Shown piece by piece: positions 46,101-55,976 of a stretch of 64,000 nucleotides of DNA. Source of the DNA: Heterodontus francisci (Eukaryota); contig NC_090378.1 in NCBI RefSeq assembly GCF_036365525.1, positions 119,335,593 to 119,399,592 on the forward strand, given 5' to 3'. A program made the translations under genes and the position numbers. Each line of letters begins with the position of its first letter. Within the stretch, counting starts at the first letter, position 1. The notes beneath the pieces are model-generated. The model saw nothing but the letters and a program-made list of their open reading frames with translations. It made no database searches and was not told the DNA's origin.

Positions 46101-49100
46101 GTCAGTACAGGAGGTGGGACTGTGTTTCCATTATTATATATTATATATAACTGTGGGATGTGTCAGTACAGGAGGTGGGACTGTGTGTCCATTATTATAT
46201 ATTTTATATAACTGTGAGATGTGTCAGTACAGGAGGTGGGACTGTGTGTCCATTATTATATATTATATAAAACTGTGGGTTGTGTCAGTTCAGGAGGTGG
46301 GACTGTGTTTCCATTATGATATATTATATATAACTGTGGGTTGTGTCAGTACAGGAGGTGGGACTGTGTGTCCATTATTGTATATTATATATAACTTTGG
46401 GACGTGTCAGTACAGGAAGTGGGAATGTGTGTCCATTGTTATATATTATTTTACACTGTGGGATGTTTCAGTTCAGGAGGTGGGAATGTGTATCCATTAT
46501 TATATATTATATATTACTGTGGGACGTGTCAGTACAGGAAGTGGGAATGTGTATCCATTATTACATATTATATATAACTGTGGGATGTGTCAGTGCAGGA
46601 GGTGGGACTGTGTGTCCATTATTATATATTATATATCACTGTGGGATGTGTCAGTACAGGAGGTGGGAATGTGTGCCCATTATTATATATTATATATAAC
46701 TGTGGGATGTGTCAGTACAGGAGGAGGGACTGTGTATCCATTATTATATATTATTTTTTACTATGGGACGTGTCTGTACAGGAGGTGGGACTGTGTATCC
46801 ATTATTATATATTATATATAAGTGTGGGACGTGTCAGTACAGGAATTGGGAATGTGTGTCCATTATTATATATTATATATAAGTGTGGGACGTGTCAGTA
46901 CAGGAAGTGGGAATGTGTGTCCATTATTATATATTATTCTTTACTGAGGGATGTGTCAGTACAGGAGGTGGGACTGTGTATCCATTATTATATTTTATAT
47001 ATTACTGTGGGATGTGTCGGTGCAGGAGGTGGGACTGTGTATCCATTATTATATATTATTTTTTTACTGTGGGATGTGTCAGTACAGGAAGTGGGAATGT
47101 GTATCCATTATTATATATTATATATTACTGTGGGACGTGTCGGTGCAGGAGGTGGGACTGTGTATCCATTATTATATATTATATATAACTGTGGGATGTG
47201 TCAGTGCAGGAGGTGGGAATGTGTGCCCATTATTATATATTATATATAACTGTGGGATGTGTCAGTACAGGAGGTGGGACTGTGTGTCCATTATTGTATA
47301 TTTTATATAACTGTGAGATGTGTCAGTACAGGAGGTGGGACTGTGTGTCCAATTTTATATATTATATAAAACTGGGTTGTGTCAGTGCAGGAGGTGGGAC
47401 TGTGTTTCCATTATGATATATTATATATAACTGTGGGTTGTGTCAGTACAGGAGGTGGGACTGTGTGTCCATTATTATATATTTTATATGACTGTGAGAT
47501 GTGTCAGTACAGGAGGTGGGACTGTGTGTCCATTATGATATATTATATATAACTGTGGGTTGTGTCAGTGCAGGAGGTGGGACTGTGTGTCCATTATTAT
47601 ATATTATATAAAACTGTGGGTTGTGTCAGTTCAGGAGGTGGGACTGTGTTTCCATTATGATATATTATATATAACTGTGGGTTGTGTCAGTACAGGAGGT
47701 GGGACTGTGTGTCCATTATTATATATTATATATAACTGTGGGACGTGTCAGTACAGGAAGTGGGAATGTGTGTCCATTGTTATATATTATTTTTTACTGT
47801 GGGATGTTTCAGTACAGGAGGTGGGAATGTGTATCCATTATTATATATTAAATGTAACTGTGGGACGTGTCAGTGCAGGAAGTGGGACAGTGTATCCATT
47901 ATTATATATTATATATAACTGTGGGATGTGTCAGTGCAGGAGGTGGGACTGTGTATCCATTATTATATATTAGATATAACTGTGGGACATGTCAGTACAG
48001 GAATTGGGAATCTGTATCCATTATTATATATTATATATAAGTGTGGGACGTGTCAGTACAGGAGGTGGGAATGTGTATCCATTATTATATATTATATATA
48101 ACTGTGGGATGTGTCAGTGCAGGAGGTGGGAATGTGTATCCATTATTATATATTATATATAACTGTGGGACGTGTCGGTGCAGGAGGTGGGACGGTGTAT
48201 CCATTATTATATATTATATATAACTGTGGGATGTGTCAGTGCAGGAGGTGGGAATGTGTGCCCATTATTATATATTATATATAACTGTGGGATGTGTCAG
48301 TACAGGAGGAGGGACTGTGTGTCCATTATTGTATATTTTATATAACTGTGAGATGTGTCAGTACAGGAGGTGGGACTGTGTGTCCATTATTGTATATTTT
48401 ATATAACTGTGAGATGTGTCAGTACAGGAGGTGGGAATGTGTATCCATTATTATATATTATATATAACTGTGGGATGTGTCAGTACAGGAGGTGGGACTG
48501 TGTGTCCATTATTATATATTTTATATGACTGTGAGATGTGTCAGTACAGGAGGTGGGACTGTGTGTCCATTATGATATATTATATAAAACTGTGGGTTGT
48601 GTCAGTGCAGGAGGTGGGACTGTGTTTCCATTATGATATATTATATATAACTGTGGGTTGTGTCAGTGCAGGAGGTGGGACTGTGTGTCCATTATTATAT
48701 ATTATATAAAACTGTGGGTTGTGTCAGTTCAGGAGGTGGGACTGTGTTTCCATTATGATATATTATATATAACTGTGGGTTGTGTCAGTACAGGAGGTGG
48801 GACTGTGTGTCCATTATTATATATTATATATAACTGTGGGACGTGTCAGTACAGGAAGTGGGAATGTGTGTCCATTGTTATATATTATTTTTTACTGTGG
48901 GATGTTTCAGTACAGGAGGTGGGAATGTGTATCCATTATTATATATTAAATGTAACTGTGGGACGTGTCAGTGCAGGAAGTGGGACAGTGTATCCATTAT
49001 TATATATTATATATAACTGTGGGATGTGTCAGTGCAGGAGGTGGGACTGTGTATCCATTATTATATATTAGATATAACTGTGGGACATGTCAGTACAGGA

Positions 49101-50645
49101 ATTGGGAATCTGTATCCATTATTATATATTATATATAAGTGTGGGACGTGTCAGTACAGGAGGTGGGAATGTGTATCCATTATTATATATTATATATAAC
49201 TGTGGGATGTGTCAGTGCAGGAGGTGGGAATGTGTATCCATTATTATATATTATATATAACTGTGGGACGTGTCGGTGCAGGAGGTGGGACGGTGTATCC
49301 ATTATTATATATTATATATAACTGTGGGATGTGTCAGTACAGGAGGAGGGACTGTGTGTCCATTATTGTATATTTTATATAACTGTGAGATGTGTCAGTA
49401 CAGGAGGTGGGACTGTGTGTCCATTATTGTATATTTTATATAACTGTGAGATGTGTCAGTACAGGAGGTGGGAATGTGTATCCATTATTATATATTATAT
49501 ATAACTGTGGGATGTGTCAGTACAGGAGGAGGGACTGTGTGTCCATTATTATATATTATATATTATTGTGGGATGTGTCAGTGCAGGAGGTGGGACTGTG
49601 TGTCCATTATTATATATTATATATTATTGTGGGATGTGTCAGTGCAGGAGGTGGGACTGTGTGTCCATTATTATATATTATATATTATTGTGGGATGTGT
49701 CAGTGCAGGAGGTGGGACTGTGTGTCCATTATTATATATTATATATAACTGTGGGATGTGTCAGTGCAGGAGGTGGGACTGTGTATCCATTATTATATAT
49801 TATTTTTTACTGTGGGATGTGTCAGTACAGGAGGTGGGAATGTGTATCCATTATTATATATTATATATAACTGTGGGATGTGTCGGTGCAGGAGGTGGGA
49901 CTGTGTATCCATTATTATATATTATTGTTCACTGTGGGATGTGTCAGTACAGAAGGTGGGAATGTGTATCCATTATTATATATTATATATAACTGTGGGA
50001 TGTGTCAGTACAGGAAGTGGGAATGTGTATCCATTATTATATATTATATATAACTGTGGGATGTGTCAGTGCAGGAGGTGGGACTGTGTGTCCATTATTA
50101 TATATTATATATAACTGTGGGATGTGTCAGTGCCGGAGGTGGGACTGCGTGTCCATTGTTATATATTATATATAACTGTGGGATGTGTCAGTGCAGGAGG
50201 TGGGAATGTGTGTCCATTATTATATGTTATATATAAATGTGGGACGTGTCAGTACAGGAGGTGGGACTGAGTGTCCAATATGATACTTTATATTTTACTG
50301 TGGGATGTATCAGTACAGGAGGTGGGACTGTGTGTCCATTATTATATGTTATATATAAATGTGGGACGTGTCAGTACAGGAGGTGGGACTGTGTGTCCAA
50401 TATTATATATTATATATAACTGTGGGATGTGTCAGTGCAGGAGGTGGGACTGTGTGTCCATTATTATATGTTATATATAAATGTGGGACGTGTCAGTACA
50501 GGAGGTGGGACTGTGTGTCCAATATTATATATTATATATAACTGTGGGATGTGTCAGTGCAGGAGGCGTGACTGTGTGTCCATTATTATATATTATATAT
50601 AACTGTGGGATGTGTCAGTACAGGAGGTGGGACTGTGTGTATTGA

Positions 50646-50673
50646 GGTTTTTGTAAGGCTCTGTCTCACTGTG
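50646..50673 (-). other. V(D)J recombination signal sequence, 12-bp spacer, perfect consensus
   Basis: Minus strand: CACAGTG (50673-50667), 12 nt AGACAGAGCCTT, ACAAAAACC (50654-50646), directly after the V codons ...QQYNSFPL. Confidence 0.98.
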
Positions 50674-50975
50674 TAGAGGGAAGCTGTTATATTGCTGACA
50701 GTAATAATCTGCGACATCCTCATTCTGTACATTACTGATTGTCAGAGTGAATTTGGTGTTCTGTTGACTGCCGGTGAATCGTTCGGATATTCCTGTGTAT
50801 CGATCCGTTGCCTCATAGATCAGGAGAGTGGGTTTCTGACCGTCTCGCTGCTGATACCAAGCTACTTCATTGCTAACGGACTGGCTGGCTGTACAGGTGA
50901 TCGTTGCGGTCTGTCCCAGTGTCACTGACAGTGCCGGTGGAGACTGGGTCATGATGATGGTGTCTCCACTGATAC
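50674..50975 (-). CDS. IGKV: Immunoglobulin light-chain V exon, kappa type (shark NS4-like), germline unrearranged
   Basis: (G)[100 protein letters not shown]. Both Cys, WYQQ, LLIY and DxADYYC are present; acceptor CTCAG at 50980-50976; 12-RSS as expected for kappa. Confidence 0.96.
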
Positions 50976-51161
50976 CTGAGGGGTAATAGAGAAACAGAGT
51001 GAAGTAAGAACTGTCACAGAAAGACCCTGTAAAATGAGATATTATTAGAGAAAGTGACCGCTCCTCATGTTTCAGCATTTTCCCTCCAATCACAAGTCAG
51101 TAGAATTGGACTGAAATAAACAGCAGGAAAATATTAACCGTGGAAGGAGAGAGATTTGTAC

Positions 51162-51210
51162 CTGCGACGCAGAATGCCAGAGGCCAGATCAGCTGGATGG
51201 GTGAAATCAT
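51162..51210 (-). CDS. IGKV: Ig V leader (signal peptide) exon
   Basis: ATG at 51210 encodes MISPIQLIWPLAFCVA plus one base. Donor GTACAA at 51161; 186-nt phase-1 intron (50976-51161) splices in frame (G|GT, Gly) to the V exon. Confidence 0.93.
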
Positions 51211-51268
51211 GGTGCCTGCTCCTGTCTCTGTGCCTGGTTACTGATAAACTCTCCCTTCACTGGACTCT

Positions 51269-51350
51269 GCTTTATAAAGCTGCAGCCTGTGAGAGTCTGA
51301 CTGCCTGTTTCTCAGTATGTAAATGGTATCACCCAGAGAAAGGCACGTCA
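51269..51350 (-). promoter_or_regulatory. Ig light-chain promoter: TATA, octamer variant, CRE-like site
   Basis: TTTATAAA at 51271-51278 (~60 nt upstream of ATG); ATTTACAT on the minus strand at 51324-51317 (1 mismatch to ATTTGCAT); TGACGTG at 51350-51344. Confidence 0.7.
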
Positions 51351-51354
51351 GCAA

Positions 51355-51680
51355 CTCTCACTTCCTCTTCTCTCTCGCTCTTCCACCCTCTCTCACTCTC
51401 CCTCTCCTCCCTCCCTCTTCCTCACTCTCCCTCTCCTCCCTCTCTTCCTCTTCCTCTGTCTCCCTCTCTTCCTCTTCCTCACTCTCCCTCTCCTCCTTCT
51501 CTTCCTCACTCTCCCTCTCCTCCCTCTCTTCCTCCTCCTCTGTCTCCCTCTCTCACTATCCCTCTCCCTCACTCACTCTCTTTCTCTCCCCTTCTGTCTA
51601 TCCTTGTCTCTGTTTTGCTCTTTTGTGCTCTTTCTTTGTCATCCTCTCTTAATGCCTCTCTCTCTCTGTTACTCTGTCTC
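51355..51680. repeat. Pyrimidine-rich (CT) low-complexity tract
   Basis: Near-exclusive C/T with short internal repeats such as CTTCCTCACTCTCCCTCTCCTCC. Confidence 0.9.
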
Positions 51681-51683
51681 ACT

Positions 51684-52471
51684 GGCCTGGATTTTAAGGC
51701 TCCCTCGACATTGTGATCCCTGGTGGGAGATCCTGAAGTTGGCTCCGGATGAGGCCACCACGGACCTTGACGCCGGCAGAGCCACTCCCGATCCTCCCGG
51801 TGACGGGGAGGCTCCGTGCCGACCACTCGGCCGCTGGGCGACAGGACCACAATTTAAATAGTTAAATTAATAATACTAATGAATTTAAATCTACTCACCC
51901 GTGATCTTGAGGGCCCGTCACAGTGTCGCACCTTCAGAACCCTGTCTGGGGAAACAAGGCACCACACTGGTGGGGAGGTGGGAGCAGGTCAGTTTCTCAG
52001 TGCAGGAGTTGGGGGGGAAACAGGGTCAAATAAACAGCAGGATGTAGGGGATGGTGGGAAGGGTGTACTTTAAACTTTGTGCAGTTTGGTGTGGGGAGGT
52101 CACATGTTAAATGTAACTGTTTTGGGGGGAAAGGGAATATAGTTGATGTAATTGTTATGGAGTTGGGTGAGAAAGGGGAATTGGAACTTTATTGATGTAA
52201 TTCTGGGAGGAAATCTCTTTAAAAAATGTCAATATCCCGGCAGGACTGACTGCCCTTTAAAAATGGTGTCATTGCCGGCACACAGGCAGTTGACGCCATT
52301 GCCGGGGACGGACAGCCCATCCCCTCCACATGACTGAGGGAGGGGGAGATGTGGCCCACCCCACATGGTTAAATGAGCCTCCGCACTTCAGATCACGATG
52401 GCTCTTTGGTGTGCGGCCCACACGGGCAGGCTGTCATTTTGTGAGCTCGCCGACGAGCTCATAGAATCCAG
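51684..52471. mobile_element. Putative non-autonomous DNA transposon (MITE-like), right end cut by the gap
   Basis: Starts GGCCTGGATTTTA; ends TAGAATCCAG at the gap edge (imperfect inverted repeat). Shares internal motifs with 55977-56760. Confidence 0.55.
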
Positions 52472-52959
52472 NNNNNNNNNNNNNNNNNNNNNNNNNNNNN
52501 NNNNNNNNNNNNNNNNNNNNNNNNNNNNNNNNNNNNNNNNNNNNNNNNNNNNNNNNNNNNNNNNNNNNNNNNNNNNNNNNNNNNNNNNNNNNNNNNNNNN
52601 NNNNNNNNNNNNNNNNNNNNNNNNNNNNNNNNNNNNNNNNNNNNNNNNNNNNNNNNNNNNNNNNNNNNNNNNNNNNNNNNNNNNNNNNNNNNNNNNNNNN
52701 NNNNNNNNNNNNNNNNNNNNNNNNNNNNNNNNNNNNNNNNNNNNNNNNNNNNNNNNNNNNNNNNNNNNNNNNNNNNNNNNNNNNNNNNNNNNNNNNNNNN
52801 NNNNNNNNNNNNNNNNNNNNNNNNNNNNNNNNNNNNNNNNNNNNNNNNNNNNNNNNNNNNNNNNNNNNNNNNNNNNNNNNNNNNNNNNNNNNNNNNNNNN
52901 NNNNNNNNNNNNNNNNNNNNNNNNNNNNNNNNNNNNNNNNNNNNNNNNNNNNNNNNNNN
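52472..52959. other. Assembly gap (N run)
   Basis: About 490 consecutive N. Confidence 0.99.
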
Positions 52960-52998
52960 TCTCCCTCTCCCTCTCTCTGTCTCAGGATTCGAGCCTCT

Positions 52999-53661
52999 GG
53001 GCTGAATTTTACCAGCCCCTCCACTCGCGGGTCACAGCGCTGGGGCAGGTAAAATTATGTGGGGAGTCGCCCGCCTCGACCCCCCGTGTTGTGGAGAAGG
53101 GCTCGCCGCATATTACCAGTGGCGAGGGGACATTGGTGCCACCGCCCACTGCCACTGGTGGCGGGACCTTCATCTCCATATTAAAATGAACCTTAATGAT
53201 ATGTAAATAAACTTACCTGCAGGTGCGGCTGTCCCACACCGATTTTACCACCACCGTTCATACCTCGCGCACCTTCGGAACTCCGTACGGAATTCCGAGG
53301 CGGGAACCTGGTGGAGAGCGGGGAGGAATAAAACTTTCAGGGTGGGAGGGGTGGGGGAGCGGGGGAGCGGGGAAAACAATTTTGATTGGATGTGGGGATG
53401 GTGGGAAGAGGTTGAAGGGTAAAAGATTGAAGGTTGGGGTGAAAGTTCAGGTATTTGAAAAAGCCAGTTGTTGATCATTTCGGGCAATGAAATGACCATT
53501 GGGGAGTTGGGGAAGGGCTTCCATCACAAAGATTTTTATTTAATAAAGTTTTACAATAATACACCTTTATTTAAATGAGCCCCTATGTGTAATATCGCGG
53601 GGGCTCCGGGACGACACATCTGCACAGTCTCCATCCCGACAACACTCATAAAATTCATCCT
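52999..53661. mobile_element. Putative MITE with terminal inverted repeats
   Basis: GGGCTGAATTTTA (52999-53011) and TAAAATTCATCCT (53649-53661) are inverted, 11/13 match. Internal GGGGATGGTGGGAAG motif shared with the 51684 element. Confidence 0.6.
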
Positions 53662-53679
53662 TGGATTTCTATCACCCTG

Positions 53680-53930
53680 TTCGTCCACCTCTCTGTATCT
53701 CTCTCAGTTATACTTTCACCCTCCTCTCTCTCATTGCATATCTGTCTTTCACATTCTTCCCATCTCGCTCTCCCTGTTTTGCTCTCCTCCCTGTCGCTCT
53801 GTCTCTTTCTCATTCTCTCTCATTTCTGGTCTCTCTCTCCCATTGCGTTTCTCTCTCCCTCTTTCCCTGTCTCTATCTCTCTGTCTTTGTTCCTCTGCCG
53901 ACTCATCTCTCTCTCCCACCCTCCATTGTT
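53680..53930. repeat. CT-rich low-complexity tract
   Basis: Degenerate (CT)n composition. Confidence 0.8.
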
Positions 53931-54247
53931 CTGTAATTCTGTAACTGATCTCTATAACAGGAGTTATTACTGGAGACTGGAACACTTTGAGGCCTGGTGC
54001 AGCAGTTAAATGCCTCCCCCTCTCTCTTTCTCTCACTCTGTCTCACAGCCTCCACCTCTCTCTCTTTCCCACAGTCTGCCAGGTGGAGCAGTTAAATGAA
54101 GGGTAAAACTCCCTCTGCTCTGCCCCATCAATGGTTGTTAATTCTTGACCCCAGAAACATGCCTTCTCCTGGAGTAAGGCCCCATTCCCCACAGTGACCA
54201 TGCTTTGACCTCTCTCAGTAAGACTGGCAGATTATTGTCAAATTTAG

Positions 54248-54348
54248 GACAGTTCTGTGCTGTTGGCCTATTCTCAATGGGACTGGTTTGGACAGAAAGT
54301 TCATTTCATGAAGGCCCAGCAGAGAGAGGAGATCCTCACCCCATCAGT
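54248..54348 (+). CDS. Candidate internal exon of an unidentified gene or pseudogene
   Basis: TTTAG|...|GTGAGC, reading DSSVLLAYSQWDWFGQKVHFMKAQQREEILTPS, phase-2 end. An alternative acceptor at 54218 would add RLADYCQI and an in-frame TAG. Confidence 0.4.
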
Positions 54349-54448
54349 GTGAGCTGGAGGGACAGGATAGGGTCTGACCCACTGCCCCATCCTGTCAGCT
54401 CATAACATGTTCTAATCCCTTCCCGTCTCCATCCCTTTCCATGGTCAG

Positions 54449-54534
54449 GCTCCGGGTCATGGAGTTTTACTGGGATGAGGGGTCGACAATCACACATTTA
54501 CAACATGAAGGAGCTTTGCTTCACATCAACCATG
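54449..54534 (+). CDS. Candidate internal exon of an unidentified gene or pseudogene
   Basis: CTAAT branch site, pyrimidine tract and CAG acceptor. Phase-compatible with the previous exon (GT|G = Val), reading LRVMEFYWDEGSTITHLQHEGALLHINH; possible donor G|GTGACC. Confidence 0.4.
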
Positions 54535-54546
54535 GTGACCATGTTC

Positions 54547-55250
54547 CACTGGACCTCCAATAGGGACCAGTAAACATGGGCCTCCTTCTCACTGGACCTC
54601 CAATAGGGAACAGTAAACATGGGCCTCCTTCCCACTGAACCCTCCAATCGGGACCAATAAACATGGGCCTCCTTCCCACTGGACCCTTCAATAGGGACCA
54701 GTAAGCATGGGCCTCCTTCCCACTGGACCCTCCAATCGGGACCAGTAAACATGGGCCTCCTTCCCACTGGGCATCCAATAGGGACCAGTAAACATGGGCC
54801 TCCTTCCCACTGGGCCTCCAATAGGGACCAGCAAACATGGGCCTCCTTCCCACTGGGCCTCCAATAGGGACCAGTAAACACGGGCCTCCTTCCCACTGGA
54901 CCCTCCAATAGGGACCAGTAAACATGGGCCTCCTTCCCACTGGACCCTCCAATAGGGACCAGTAAACATGGGCCTTCTTCCCACTGGGCATCCAATAGGG
55001 ACCAGTAAACATGGGCCTCCTTCCCACTGGACCCTCCAATAGGGACCAGTAAACATGGGCCTCCTTCCCACTGGGCATCCAATAGGGACCAGCAAACATG
55101 GGCCTCCATCCCACTGGGCCTCCAGTAGGGATCAGTAAACATGGGCCTCCTTCCCACTGGCCCTCCAATAGGGACCAGTAAACATGGGCCTCCTTCCCAC
55201 TGGCCCTCCAATAGGGACCAGTAAACATGGGCCTCCTTCCCACTGGGCCT
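54547..55250. repeat. 43-44-bp minisatellite, about 16 copies
   Basis: Unit TCCCACTGGACCCTCCAATAGGGACCAGTAAACATGGGCCTCCT. Confidence 0.95.
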
Positions 55251-55329
55251 AAAGTAGTTGAGCTTCAAACCCCACATCCTCTCCATCAGTGAGCCTCTTA
55301 TTTCTGTCCACACAACATTGCCTGTCTCT

Positions 55330-55885
55330 ACACTACATCAGCCCCTTGACCACACAAACCCTTATCCCTGCTCATCTTGTCTCCAAACTTGATTATTCCC
55401 ATGTCTGCTGCCGGCTTCTTTCATCCACTCTCCATAAACCCCGACTTGTCTGAAATGCAGTGGTCAGTACACTGTCTGACACCAAGTGCCGTTCCAACAC
55501 TACCCCTGACCTCACTGACCTACTACCCTGACCTCACTGACCTCTGTTTCCCTCCTCCCTACCCTCTGCCTCCTGCTGCAGACTCACATTCCCTCCCTCA
55601 CTCTTCCATCTTCTAACTCGCCTCTCCTGCCCATCGCTGCTTCCTTCATCCCACCATTGACAGCAGAGCCTTCAGATGCCTCGGCCCTGCTCTCTGAACT
55701 CCCGCCATTAATCCCTCCCCCTCTCCAGGTCTCTCTCTGCTCCATCAAACTCCATCCTTTCACCCAAGACTTTGATCACTCTTCCGAAAGTCTCCTCACC
55801 CCCTACCCCGTTCCTCTTACTGTGGCTCTGTGAAGCATCTTGTGATGTTTTGTACTTTAAAGGTGCTATATAAATGCAAGTTGTG
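55330..55885 (+). mobile_element. Decayed L2-like LINE 3' fragment
   Basis: CCACCATTGACAGCAGAGCCTTCAG...AAAGGTGCTATATAAATGCAAGTTG 3' end typical of fish/shark L2 and L2-dependent SINEs; recognised by pattern only. Confidence 0.55.
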
Positions 55886-55976
55886 TGTGGATTTCAGGTG
55901 GGGACAGAATTGGACACAGTTGTGATGGCCCCTGCAGTCAAATATCCTGCTAACAGGGTCCAGGTTTACACATGTA

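Larger units (their letters stand above)
1..50640. repeat. 61-bp tandem satellite, about 790 monomers, open at the left window edge
   Basis: Consensus ACTGTGGGATGTGTCAGT(A/G)CAGGAGGTGGGA(C/A)TGTGT(A/G)TCCATTATTATATATTATATATA (61 nt) repeats head-to-tail; ORF-track offsets are multiples of 61. Copy number = (50640 minus ~2.5 kb LINE)/61. Confidence 0.99.

Noticed and set aside
31-50541. Hundreds of Cys/Tyr/Ile-rich ORFs (MSVQEVG..., CQCRRWDC...)
   Set aside because: They are translations of the 61-bp repeat in all three frames; stops depend only on monomer variant.
1-50640. CRISPR array (30-bp G-rich 'repeat' alternating with 31-bp 'spacer')
   Set aside because: The 'spacers' are near-identical to each other, there are no cas genes, and the context is vertebrate.
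1-50640. Ig class-switch region
   Set aside because: It lies at a light-chain V, essentially lacks AGCT, and the G-rich strand is the template strand for V-sense transcription.
50593-51093. 166-aa ORF as a single-exon or germline-joined VJ gene
   Set aside because: It reads through the intron, RSS (HSETEPYKN) and satellite. An intact RSS and no FGxG show the V is unjoined.
52398-53189. Long ORFs across 52.4-53.2 kb
   Set aside because: Artefacts of the N run.
53961-54105. Possible further exons after TAACAG (53960) and CCACAG (54074)
   Set aside because: Early stops or incompatible phases with the downstream candidate exons.
51919-54196. Isolated CACAGTG heptamers at 51919 and 54190
   Set aside because: No nonamer-like sequence at 12 or 23 nt spacing.
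54498-55313. 271/240-aa repetitive ORFs
   Set aside because: Minisatellite translations; the 43/44-bp units shift frame freely.
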